In this document: positions 9,416 to 19,059 of the stretch, piece by piece
How the letters are laid out: each line of letters opens with the position of its first letter
How positions within the stretch are numbered: position 1 is the first letter of the stretch
Made by a program: the position numbers and the translations under genes
Source of the DNA: Chloroflexota bacterium
GTDB lineage: Bacteria; Chloroflexota; Dehalococcoidia; Lucifugimonadales; UBA3495
Assembly (NCBI GenBank): GCA_027623815.1
Contig: JAQBUV010000001.1
Coordinates: 67,295 to 131,294, forward strand
DNA: 64,000 nucleotides
Reading direction: 5' to 3'
Notes under the pieces: generated by a model
What the model was told of the DNA's origin: nothing
The model's input: the letters and a program-made list of their open reading frames with translations, nothing else
The model's database searches: none

Positions 9416-10978
9416 TTAATACGGTTTTCCGAACTGCTCTCGCAGGTCTCGCTTCAGGACTTTCCCCATCGCATTTCTGGGCAGTTCATCGACAAATACC
9501 ACTGAACTGGGACGCTTGAAGCTGGATAAACGCTGGTGGCAATGTTCAATCAAATCCGCTTCGGTCGCCGCCGGTGATCGCCTTACCACCACCGCGGTAA
9601 CTGCTTCACCCCATTCCAGGTCGGGGACGCCAATGACCGCTGCATCATCCACGTCGGGGTGGGACAGCAGCACTTGCTCCACTTCTTCGGGCGAAATCAT
9701 TTCGCCGCCCCGCTTGATGAAGTCTTTAGCCCGCCCGGCCAGATATATGTAGCCGTCTTCATCCTGGTAGGCCAAGTCACCGGTGTAAACCCAGCCAGAA
9801 CGAATGGCATCGCCGGTGGCGGCTTCCTGCCGCCAGTATCCCTTCATCATGCGCGAGCCCCGCGCGACAATTTCCCCAACATTGCCGGTGGGTACTGTCT
9901 CGCCATCTTCTGAGACGATCATAACTTCCACGTCTTCCAGGGGAACCCCAATGGAGGTCAATCGCTTCAGCTTCTTGGCCACCTCTTCCGGGCTTCCCTC
10001 CAAAACGTGGTCTTCCGGGGGCAGCATGGTGATGGTGGACGCAGTCTCGGTCTGGCCAAAGGCGTTGATAAACCGGGCGTTGGGAAACTTTATGATCGCC
10101 TGCTGGATCACCGGCAACGGCATGGGGGCCGCGCCGTAGGTGATTACGTCCAGCGACGAAAGGTCGAAGTCGCCAAATTGGGGATGATCCATCAAATGTT
10201 TTAGCATCGTCGGCACCAGCATCGCCCGGTTGGCCCGGTGACGCTGGGCCAATTTCAGCCATTCCAGCGGCTCGAACTGACGCATGACCACCACCGTCCT
10301 GCCACCGTAGACTGCGGCCAATGCCGCCTGAAGTCCGGCAATATGGTAGAAAGGCACGGTCAACAAATTGGTCTCTTCCAGGTCAGGGTCGGCAGGCGAG
10401 ACGTTGGACAGCAGGTAAGACGAAAAGCTGTCGTGGGTAAGCATCACGCCCTTGGGCAATCCGGTGGTGCCAGCGGTGAACATGATGACTGTGGTGTCTT
10501 CACCCTCGGCTTCGGGGAAGTGCATCTGCTCCGCTTCGCCCGATTGCAATAGCGCGTCGTAGGCGTGATGGCCGTTGGTGGCGGGGCCGTCCAGCAGGAC
10601 TATTCGCTGAGACGGCAGGATGCCATTTTCGATGCTGCCGTGAACTAGGGGCAGGTATCTCTCTCCGGTAAACAGCATGCTGGGCTGAGCGATGCTTAGC
10701 ATCTGCTGTAATTCCTCGGCCTTGGCCCTGAAGTTGAGCGGCACATAGACCGCGTCGAGTTGGGCAGCGGCAAAGTAGATCTCGATGCTCTGGTGACTGT
10801 TGACCTGCATCGTCGCCACCCGGTCGCCGGGGCCAACTCCCAACTGCGACAGCGAACTAGCCAACCGGTTGACCCGCTGGTGGAGGTCAGCGAAGGAAAA
10901 CTGCTGGCCATCAAATATGAAGGCGGGCCGCTCTGGCACTATCGCGCTGGCGATGATCAAAAATTCGGTGGTGTTCAT
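9416..10978 (-). CDS. AMP-dependent acyl-CoA synthetase/ligase
   Basis: 520 aa. Adenylate-forming core motifs MFTAGTTGLPKGVMLTH, YGQTE-like FGQTET, YTGDLAY and RAKDFIKRGGEMISPEEVE. Confidence 0.85.
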   Translation of the reverse strand: MNTTEFLIIASAIVPERPAFIFDGQQFSFADLHQRVNRLASSLSQLGVGPGDRVATMQVNSHQSIEIYFAAAQLDAVYVPLNFRAKAEELQQMLSIAQPSMLFTGERYLPLVHGSIENGILPSQRIVLLDGPATNGHHAYDALLQSGEAEQMHFPEAEGEDTTVIMFTAGTTGLPKGVMLTHDSFSSYLLSNVSPADPDLEETNLLTVPFYHIAGLQAALAAVYGGRTVVVMRQFEPLEWLKLAQRHRANRAMLVPTMLKHLMDHPQFGDFDLSSLDVITYGAAPMPLPVIQQAIIKFPNARFINAFGQTETASTITMLPPEDHVLEGSPEEVAKKLKRLTSIGVPLEDVEVMIVSEDGETVPTGNVGEIVARGSRMMKGYWRQEAATGDAIRSGWVYTGDLAYQDEDGYIYLAGRAKDFIKRGGEMISPEEVEQVLLSHPDVDDAAVIGVPDLEWGEAVTAVVVRRSPAATEADLIEHCHQRLSSFKRPSSVVFVDELPRNAMGKVLKRDLREQFGKPY

Positions 10979-11060
10979 CCAGTTTCCCTTCGCACGGTTT
11001 CACCGGGCAGTTCAGCTATCTATGAGGTTGTCCCGAAAGCAGATGCTCTACAGATTCATG

Positions 11061-11114
11061 GTTCGACAAGCTCACCATGAACTGGCTAAATCCGCTCGGC
11101 CTGAGCTTGTCGGG
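11061..11114. repeat. Palindromic repeat family 2, copy 1
   Basis: TTCGACAAGCTCA ... TGAGCTTGTCGGG imperfect palindrome. Related copies lie at 56463 and 58186. Confidence 0.6.
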
Positions 11115-11163
11115 GGACATAAGCAAACAAATTTTGGGACGGGACCGTGCGAATTAGTATAGA

Positions 11164-11883
11164 CTATTGGCCCAAGGCCAACTCCGCAACCCTGGTTTCA
11201 AGCTGCAGAGCCTGGTCAAGAGCCAAGTCGGACCCCTGTTTCATCGCGTTAATTGCACCCAACATGCGGGTTGCATCGACCTGCGCCAGCAGTTGAGCAA
11301 TCTGGTCAGCCTCAGCCATTAGTCTGCCTTCTGGCATTATCCTGGTGATCAGCTTGAACCGCAACGCCTCCGCTGCGTCAAAGCGCCGTCCGGTCAACAA
11401 CAGGTCCAGAGCGACCGCCGCCCCGACATTCCGCGGCAGAGTCTGGGTACCCCCGGCCGCTGGGATGATACCTAGCTGCACTTCCGGCAGGGCAAACACC
11501 GTTCCGGCAGCGGCGACGCGAACGTCGCTGAGGAGTGCAATTTCCAGTCCCGAACCAATGCAGTATCCGTGTACCGCAGTTACTATCGGCTTGGATAGTG
11601 AGTGCAGTTGGCCCCACACGTCACGCTCCCACCGTACCTCCCGCGCTTTCACCAGCGAAGGCGCGGTGCCGAATTCGGTCAAGTCGGCTCCGGCGCAGAA
11701 GGCCCGACCCTCTCCGCTAATCAACACGGCCCTGATGTCGGGGTCATCGTCAATGGCGGACAGCACTTCGGCGAAGTCGTCCCGCATCTGGATATTGAAG
11801 GCATTCCGTACCTTCGGTCGGTCCAGCGCAATATGCGCGACGCCGTGATCCTTGCTGTAAAGTAGAGTTTCGAAGGCTGGCAT
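11164..11883 (-). CDS. Enoyl-CoA hydratase/isomerase (crotonase) family protein
   Basis: VAHIALDRPKVRNAF..., ISGEGRAFCAGADL and AVHGYCIGSGLEIALLSD are crotonase oxyanion-hole motifs. Confidence 0.85.
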   Translation of the reverse strand: MPAFETLLYSKDHGVAHIALDRPKVRNAFNIQMRDDFAEVLSAIDDDPDIRAVLISGEGRAFCAGADLTEFGTAPSLVKAREVRWERDVWGQLHSLSKPIVTAVHGYCIGSGLEIALLSDVRVAAAGTVFALPEVQLGIIPAAGGTQTLPRNVGAAVALDLLLTGRRFDAAEALRFKLITRIMPEGRLMAEADQIAQLLAQVDATRMLGAINAMKQGSDLALDQALQLETRVAELALGQ

Positions 11884-11889
11884 TACCGG

Positions 11890-12432
11890 CTAGTCCAGCG
11901 GTACGGCTCTTCGATATAAGTCGTCCAACTCAACCTCGGTGTAACGCAGACCAATGTTTTCCAGATTGTGGGCGTCGCTAACCTGGAAGGTCATCAGCGA
12001 GTGGGTGTCGGCCACGGTCTGCACCTGCCCCTTGCGAATGTGCCAGTTGTGGATGTAATTGTCGATTTCGATGCCGTGAATGTTTTCTTCGATAATAATT
12101 TTGGGTGTGTAATACCCAGGGTGGCAGTAGATACGGAACATTCCACCGTTGGGCAGGAACAGTTCCGCAACCTGGTATTCATCAAAAGGACTCTCCACCG
12201 GCCGGACTTCAATCTCCCAACCCGGAATAATTACCACCTCGCCTGGGAAATGCTTTTCCACCAACGCGCGAAACTCGAAGGCCCAGTCCTTGTTGTGATG
12301 GTCGGTGATGGCAATGCCGTCAATGCCTTGCGATTTGATCTGAGCGATCACTTTCTCGGCAATATCCAGCGACGGTGGCTGAAAATTAAAGGCTTCCCAA
12401 ATGTGCGTGTGCAGGTCAAGCTTTAACTTCAC
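11890..12432 (-). CDS. PHP-domain metal-dependent phosphoesterase-like protein (short, 180 aa)
   Basis: LDLHTHIW, GIAITDHHN, CHPGY and VSDAHNL are His/Asp metal-ligand patterns typical of the PHP fold. Confidence 0.65.
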   Translation of the reverse strand: MKLKLDLHTHIWEAFNFQPPSLDIAEKVIAQIKSQGIDGIAITDHHNKDWAFEFRALVEKHFPGEVVIIPGWEIEVRPVESPFDEYQVAELFLPNGGMFRIYCHPGYYTPKIIIEENIHGIEIDNYIHNWHIRKGQVQTVADTHSLMTFQVSDAHNLENIGLRYTEVELDDLYRRAVPLD

Positions 12433-12514
12433 AGGGTTTGTATCCTTTATAAAGTCTTGTTGGCCAACAGCCTAGACCATGTAAACGACGGTTGCGCAAT
12501 CATTTTAACAGTCA

Positions 12515-13246
12515 TTATTGGCCAGTGAAACGGGGCGGACGCTTCTCAACAAAAGACTGAAGCCCCTCGGCGCGGTCATCGGTACTTTGCAGAATGATGT
12601 TCAGGTCCGCCTCCAGGCGCAGTCCCTCAGCCAGGCTCAGGTCTGCGCCTTTGGTAATGGCTTCTTTGGCATACCGGGCGGCAATGGGTCCACCGGCGGC
12701 AATCGCTTCGGCCAGCCGCTGAGTCTCCCGCGTCAATTCTCCAGGCGGCACCACGCGATTGACCAGACCGATGCTCAGCGCTTCTGCCGAACCGATAACC
12801 AATGAGGTCAGCATCAGATCCGAAGCCCAGGCTGGCCCCACCAATCGGGGCAGGCGTTGCGTCCCGCCATCCCAGGGGAAGCAACCCGGTTTCGACAGAT
12901 CAGTTAAGCCAAAACTTGCTGGTTCCGCGCTGATGCGAATATCCCCCGCCAGGGCCAGTTCCAACCCGTGATCCAGGGCGTCGCCGTTTATCGAAACGAT
13001 CACTGGAATGGGCAAATTGGCCAGAGCGTCCGCTACCCGCAACTGCTCAATCCAGGCTTGCCGCTGGATTGCCGAACCGGTGGCAAGCTCCGTCGGCAGC
13101 GGTTCTCGCCCCAGGGAGAAAGCGGCCCCGGCGCCGGTTAAAACTAAGACCCGAACATTGTCGTCCTGGCGAACTTTATGGCAAGCGTCACGCATCTCCG
13201 CAGCCAGGTAGCAATCAATCAGATTACATTGGTCGGGCCGGTTCAA
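12515..13246 (-). CDS. Enoyl-CoA hydratase/isomerase family protein (true N-terminus probably upstream, up to 13306)
   Basis: LTGAGAAFSLG and SINGDALDHGLELALAGD are crotonase motifs. The track start is TTG 13246, but the frame stays open and crotonase-like (FLTYKSDGAVATLTLNRP) up to 13309 with no ATG/GTG/TTG. Confidence 0.8.
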   Translation of the reverse strand: MNRPDQCNLIDCYLAAEMRDACHKVRQDDNVRVLVLTGAGAAFSLGREPLPTELATGSAIQRQAWIEQLRVADALANLPIPVIVSINGDALDHGLELALAGDIRISAEPASFGLTDLSKPGCFPWDGGTQRLPRLVGPAWASDLMLTSLVIGSAEALSIGLVNRVVPPGELTRETQRLAEAIAAGGPIAARYAKEAITKGADLSLAEGLRLEADLNIILQSTDDRAEGLQSFVEKRPPRFTGQ

Positions 13247-13353
13247 CGTTAAAGTAGCTACCGCGCCGTCGCTTTTGTAGGTTAGAAATTTGTACTGAAT
13301 GGCAATTACTCAGGCACCCAAATATTGCTAAATGGTAAGGTGCCAACTCTGTC

Positions 13354-13382
13354 TTGACAAGTGTCATTGGCATGTTTACGAT
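13354..13382 (+). promoter_or_regulatory. Sigma-70-type promoter of groESL
   Basis: TTGACA (13354-13359) - 17 nt - TACGAT (13377-13382), immediately upstream of the CIRCE element. Confidence 0.55.
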
Positions 13383-13385
13383 GAA

Positions 13386-13412
13386 TTAGCACTCTCTGCC
13401 CGAGACTGCTAA
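13386..13412 (+). promoter_or_regulatory. CIRCE operator (HrcA binding site)
   Basis: TTAGCACTC-N9-GACTGCTAA matches the consensus TTAGCACTC-N9-GAGTGCTAA with one mismatch. It lies 60 nt upstream of groES. Confidence 0.85.
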
Positions 13413-13472
13413 TTTTGAATAAAAAGCAATCAAAGACTGGTGCGGAGAAACATAACAGAATAGGAGGCGAAG

Positions 13473-13772
13473 GTGGTAACTAAAGTAAAACTCCAGCCGT
13501 TGGGTGAACGGATTGTAATCAAGCCCTCAGAACAAGAGGCGCAAACTAAAGGTGGGATCTACTTGCCCGACACTGCCAAAGAGAAACCCCAAGAGGGCGA
13601 AATAGTTGCCGCGGGCCCAGGTAGAGTTACCGACGATGGGACGCGTATACCAATGGAATTGGCCGTTGGCGACAAAGTAATTTACTCAAAGTATGCCGGT
13701 ACCGAATACAAGGACGGCGACGAAGAGTACCTGATACTTCGCGAAAGCGATGTCCTGGCCAAGATATCCTAA
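13473..13772 (+). CDS. groES: Co-chaperonin GroES
   Basis: GTG start with AGGAGG upstream. [13 protein letters not shown]...[22 protein letters not shown]. Confidence 0.97.
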   Translation: MVTKVKLQPLGERIVIKPSEQEAQTKGGIYLPDTAKEKPQEGEIVAAGPGRVTDDGTRIPMELAVGDKVIYSKYAGTEYKDGDEEYLILRESDVLAKIS

Positions 13773-13793
13773 AGCACCCAGATAGTATTTTAA

Positions 13794-15428
<1,635 letters not shown>

Positions 15429-15462
15429 ACCGCTAGTAAAAGTCGGTTACACTGGACATCGA

Positions 15463-15494
15463 GACCGCCCCGTGAACACGGGGCGGTCTTTTTT
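15463..15494 (+). terminator. Intrinsic terminator of groESL
   Basis: Perfect 10-bp stem GACCGCCCCG / CGGGGCGGTC, 6-nt loop, then TTTTTT. Confidence 0.85.
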
Positions 15495-15502
15495 GTCTTG
15501 GC

Positions 15503-15645
15503 AGTAGTGATCAAATTTGGATCTCGTCATTCCGGCGCAAGCCGGAATCCGTCAGCGCATATCAACTTCCAGTGTATCTGGAACCGGCCTTCGCCGCTGT
15601 GACGAGCAGAGTCCCAGCCCTGACCCAGCAAGCTGAATCACCACT
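15503..15645 (+). repeat. MITE-like element, repeat family 1, long copy A (~143 bp)
   Basis: Own terminal inverted repeat AGTAGTGATCA (15503-15513) / TGAATCACCACT (15634-15645). Internal hairpins ATTCCGGC-GCAA-GCCGGAAT and CCGGC-CTTC-GCCG inside a CTCGTCA..TGACGAG outer stem. About 80% identical by eye to the reverse complement of 18574-18717. Confidence 0.75.
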
Positions 15646-15655
15646 GATTGCCCGG

Positions 15656-16327
15656 TCACAATTCGTACTCCTTCAGGTCATGGGGGATAATCAATTTGGC
15701 CTGAGTAATCTGCTGCACTGCTTCGGGAGTCCAGCCTGGTGCTACTTCCAGCAACACCAAACCCTTTGCGGTGGGCTGCATGACCGCCACGTCGGTCACG
15801 ATCAACGACACGCATTCTTTGCCGGTGATCGGGTAGGTGCATTCTTCCACTATTTTGGACTGACCCTGACGGTCGGTATGTTCCATGGCCACGATCACCG
15901 TCTTGGCGCCGGCGGCCAAGTCCATTGCCCCGCCGATGTTGCCGACGCCCCGCTCCGGCAGCATCCAGTTCGCCAAGTCTCCTTTGGCGGAAACCTGATG
16001 CGCCCCCAGCACCGTTACGTCCAGGTGGCCGCCCCGAATCATGGCGAATCCATCAACGGAACTGAAAAATGCCATGCCAGGAACCGGTTGCAGGAACTGA
16101 CCGCCAGCGTTAATCAGGTCAATGTCCTGCTCCCCTTCTTCCGCCAACGGGCCGCAGTTCAGGACGCCGCTCTCGCTGTGGTAAAACACCACGCTGTCGT
16201 CCGACACAAAGTTGGACACCAGAGTTGGGATGCCAATGCCCAGGTTAACGTAGCCGCCGTCCGGTAGCTCTTTAGCCACCCGCATGGCGACGACCTCTCG
16301 GTCTAACCGCTCTTTGTCTTCAAACAT
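15656..16327 (-). CDS. Family-I CoA-transferase, subunit B (beta)
   Basis: 223 aa. VAKELPDGGYVNLGIGIPTLV, catalytic-Glu motif HSESGVL (SENG-type), GGAMDL. Confidence 0.9.
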   Translation of the reverse strand: MFEDKERLDREVVAMRVAKELPDGGYVNLGIGIPTLVSNFVSDDSVVFYHSESGVLNCGPLAEEGEQDIDLINAGGQFLQPVPGMAFFSSVDGFAMIRGGHLDVTVLGAHQVSAKGDLANWMLPERGVGNIGGAMDLAAGAKTVIVAMEHTDRQGQSKIVEECTYPITGKECVSLIVTDVAVMQPTAKGLVLLEVAPGWTPEAVQQITQAKLIIPHDLKEYEL

Positions 16328-16341
16328 GGGGCCAACGCCTG

Positions 16342-17781
16342 CTATTCATAGGGCGAGAAGTCGCTGGGTCTAATTACGATTCGATTGACGTAAATGCCGG
16401 GGGTTATGATTGCCTCCGGGTCTAGCTTTCCCGGCTCAACCAGTTCGTCCACCTCAACCACGGTTATATCTGCTGAAGGGGCCATCACCGAGTTGAAGTT
16501 GCGAGAGGTTCCTTTGTACACCACGTTGCCCAGGGTGTCGGCTTTATGACCGCGTATGATGCAAAAATCGGCCCGAAGCGCCTCTTCCAGGACGTACTCC
16601 TTGCCGTCGATGACGCGAGTCTCTTTGCCCTCAGATATCAGCGTGCCCACGCCGGTGGGGGTATAAAAGGCGGCTACGCCCGCCCCGCCTGCCCGCAAAC
16701 GCTCCGCCAATGTGCCTTGGGGCACTAACTCCAGTTCGACCTCGCCCCGACGATAGGCCAACTCAAAGGCGGTGGGGCGGGACGCGGAGGGTGACACTGG
16801 ATAAGAGGCGATGGCCTTTTTGACCTGCTGGTTATCAATCAAAATAGTGTGGTCAATGGCTTGCTTCCCCGGTGGAGTACCAAAATTGACGACCCGTGCG
16901 ATGCCCGCGGTGTTGCTGATAATGGTCAAATTCTTGGCCCCGTGGTCGCGCAGGGAGGTCAGCAAATAATGGGGTGTTCCACCTGGCCCGGCAAAGCCAT
17001 CGATCATCACGATGGCGCCGTCGGGTAGATCACTGAGGGCGTGCAACCCGCTGGCAAAGACCTTCTCCGAAGTTTTTAGTCTCGGTGATTTGAGGTCAGA
17101 TAAGTTAAAGGCGATTTCGCGCAAGTTCGGTGAAACGGCTAGCTGCGCTCCGGTTAGAGCGATCACATCATCGGCACGCCAGCCTGCGGCAACTTCCAGT
17201 AGTTCCAGCCCTGATGCTGTAACATTGATCACCGCGATATCGGTGACGATCAGATCGACAAATCCTACGCCATCAATAGGATTGGAGCAAACTGGCACGA
17301 TATTGGGCGAGCCATCGTCCCTCGAATGGAGCATCATGGCAATGACGCGACGGGCACCAGCGGCCAAATCCACCGCAAACCCTGGCCCGAACAATCCCGG
17401 AGTCTCTGAAGTTGTCCAGTGGGTAAAGTCGCCACTACGACTAACCTGTGAGGCCTGGATAATTGCCACGTCTACCTGACCCCCACGCAGCATGGCCGCC
17501 AGGTCTACTGTACTGTGTACTGATGCTCCCGGCTGGAGATTAATCCCCGACCCATTGGAATCGACAAAACCAGTCTGGGCGGATGACTGGCCGCCCGACG
17601 AAATTCTTCCCAACAGCCCACCCTCAGTGAGAAACTGGACCGCTGCATCCGGCGGCAACTCCCCAGGAACCAGCGAAGGCAGACCTGAACCCAGGGCGAC
17701 GGTCTCACCAGGATTGAGTTCTTGGGAGACGCGCCTAGCCTGAGCGTTGGAATCTAATTTTTTAGCTGCTGGCATGGTCAC
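16342..17781 (-). CDS. Family-I CoA-transferase, fused subunit B-like (aa ~10-222) plus subunit A-like (aa ~239-479) polypeptide
   Basis: The N-terminal half aligns with beta subunits (VSQELNPGETVALGSGLPSLV, LTEGGLLG). The C-terminal half aligns with alpha subunits (DGAIVMIDGFAGPGGTP, VPQGTLAERLRAGGAGVAAFYTPTGVGT, RGHKADTLGNVVY). The linker is encoded around 17068-17115. Confidence 0.85.
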   Translation of the reverse strand: MTMPAAKKLDSNAQARRVSQELNPGETVALGSGLPSLVPGELPPDAAVQFLTEGGLLGRISSGGQSSAQTGFVDSNGSGINLQPGASVHSTVDLAAMLRGGQVDVAIIQASQVSRSGDFTHWTTSETPGLFGPGFAVDLAAGARRVIAMMLHSRDDGSPNIVPVCSNPIDGVGFVDLIVTDIAVINVTASGLELLEVAAGWRADDVIALTGAQLAVSPNLREIAFNLSDLKSPRLKTSEKVFASGLHALSDLPDGAIVMIDGFAGPGGTPHYLLTSLRDHGAKNLTIISNTAGIARVVNFGTPPGKQAIDHTILIDNQQVKKAIASYPVSPSASRPTAFELAYRRGEVELELVPQGTLAERLRAGGAGVAAFYTPTGVGTLISEGKETRVIDGKEYVLEEALRADFCIIRGHKADTLGNVVYKGTSRNFNSVMAPSADITVVEVDELVEPGKLDPEAIITPGIYVNRIVIRPSDFSPYE

Positions 17782-17806
17782 TTATGGATGTCATATCGAC
17801 CTACCT

Positions 17807-18493
17807 CTAGGACGCCGGAGTCTGTACCACCCGGTTGACGAATATTCCGGAAGAGATCACCGTCTCTGGGTCGATGCCGCCCGGGTCACAGACCCGGTCT
17901 GCTTCAGCGATGCTGACGGTGGCCGCCATTGCCATCACTGGCCCCCAGTTGCGGCCTGCCCCTAGATAGACCACATTGCCCAGGGTGTCGGCGGCATCCG
18001 CCTTGAAAAGCGCGAAGTCGGCCTTTAGCGGCAACTCCAAGATGCAGTCGCCTTGCGCAAAGGTGCGTGACTCTTTCCCATCGGCGAAACGAGTGCCAAC
18101 GCCGGTGGAGATGAACACACCACCCAGTCCCGCTCCGGCCGCGCGCAACCGCTCGGCCAGAGTCCCTTGAGGCACAATCTCGATCTCAAGTTGACCGGTC
18201 TCCCAGGCGTTCTTGATTATTCCATCGTTTGCTGGTGGGAAGGGCAAGGCAGAGATCAGCTTCTTCACCTGGCCGTTGGTCACCAACTGATCAACGCCTG
18301 AGGGTTTAGCAGAATCGGGCCAAGCCCCCGGGGAGTAAACGCAGGTCAGATTCTTGACTGGCTTTTGGCACAACGCCGCAATCAGTCCTCTGGGCACTCC
18401 ACAACCGGCGAAACCTCCGATCAGGACAGTGTCACCATTGGAGATGCCAGCCAGCGCGGCGTCACAAGTGGTATAAACCTTTTCCCTGGGCAA
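17807..18493 (-). CDS. Family-I CoA-transferase, subunit A (alpha)
   Basis: 228 aa. DTVLIGGFAGCGVP, VPQGTLAERLRAAGAGLGGVFISTGVGT, KADAADTLGNVVY. Confidence 0.9.
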   Translation of the reverse strand: MPREKVYTTCDAALAGISNGDTVLIGGFAGCGVPRGLIAALCQKPVKNLTCVYSPGAWPDSAKPSGVDQLVTNGQVKKLISALPFPPANDGIIKNAWETGQLEIEIVPQGTLAERLRAAGAGLGGVFISTGVGTRFADGKESRTFAQGDCILELPLKADFALFKADAADTLGNVVYLGAGRNWGPVMAMAATVSIAEADRVCDPGGIDPETVISSGIFVNRVVQTPAS

Positions 18494-18573
18494 TACACTC
18501 TCCCAATACGTTCCCAGCTTTGCCAGCGAATTTTAACAGGTATTTTAGGGCAGGTGAAGGGTCTGTTCTTGAC

Positions 18574-18717
18574 GGTAGCGGTTCAACTTGCCGGGTCAGG
18601 ATTGGGACTCTGCTCGTCACACCAGCGAAGGGCGGTGTCCAGATAGACTGGTGGCCGATACTCCCTGATGGATTCCTGCTTGCGCCGGAATTACATGATC
18701 CAAACTGAACCACTACC
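18574..18717 (-). repeat. MITE-like element, repeat family 1, long copy B (~144 bp)
   Basis: Terminal inverted repeat GGTAGCGGTTCA (18574-18585) / TGAACCACTACC (18706-18717), an 11/12 match. The reverse complement aligns end to end with copy A (TTTGGATC..ATTCCGGCGCAAGCAGGAATCC..TGTGACGAGCAGAGTCCCA..CCTGACCC). Confidence 0.75.
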
Positions 18718-18732
18718 GGGCAAACGGCCTCG

Positions 18733-18761
18733 TTGACTTACGGTTTTGGCAGTGCTAAGCT
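18733..18761 (+). promoter_or_regulatory. Putative promoter of the thi operon
   Basis: TTGACT (18733-18738) - 17 nt - TAAGCT (18756-18761), about 25 nt upstream of the riboswitch. Confidence 0.4.
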
Positions 18762-18787
18762 TCGTTTAATAATCAAATGCCATCGTT

Positions 18788-18884
18788 CTGGCGGGAGCTT
18801 GGGTAAGCCAGGCTGAGAGGGCGGCCAAAGATCGCCGCCGACCGTCTGCACCTGATCTGGGTAATGCCGGCGCAGGAATCAGAC
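18788..18884 (+). promoter_or_regulatory. TPP (THI-box) riboswitch aptamer
   Basis: GGCTGAGAGG ... GACCGTCTGCACCTGATCTGGGTAATGCCGGCGCAGGAA matches the conserved CUGAGA and ACCUGAUCYGGRUAAUGCCRGCG THI-element cores. It lies upstream of thiG. Confidence 0.85.
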
Positions 18885-18900
18885 GCTAGAAGCCTATCGC

Positions 18901-18931
18901 AACCGCCAGGAAAGCTACCTGGCGGTTTTTT
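18901..18931 (+). terminator. Riboswitch expression platform: intrinsic terminator
   Basis: Perfect 10-bp stem AACCGCCAGG / CCTGGCGGTT, 7-nt loop, running into TTTTTT. Confidence 0.8.
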
Positions 18932-19059
18932 GCACTATGCAAGATATGTACTAAACTCATACCAAGATGGGATCTACATGGATTCGTGCGTAAACTGTGC
19001 GGGTTTCACCTTGGCTTTAGTTTAGGTAGGTTAACGTAGGTTAATAAGGAGATGCTGCG

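Noticed and set aside
15572-16267. 231-aa plus-strand ORF
   Set aside because: It starts inside MITE-like copy A (the repeat-derived peptide PAFAAVTSRVPALT) and then runs antisense to the well-supported CoA-transferase B gene.
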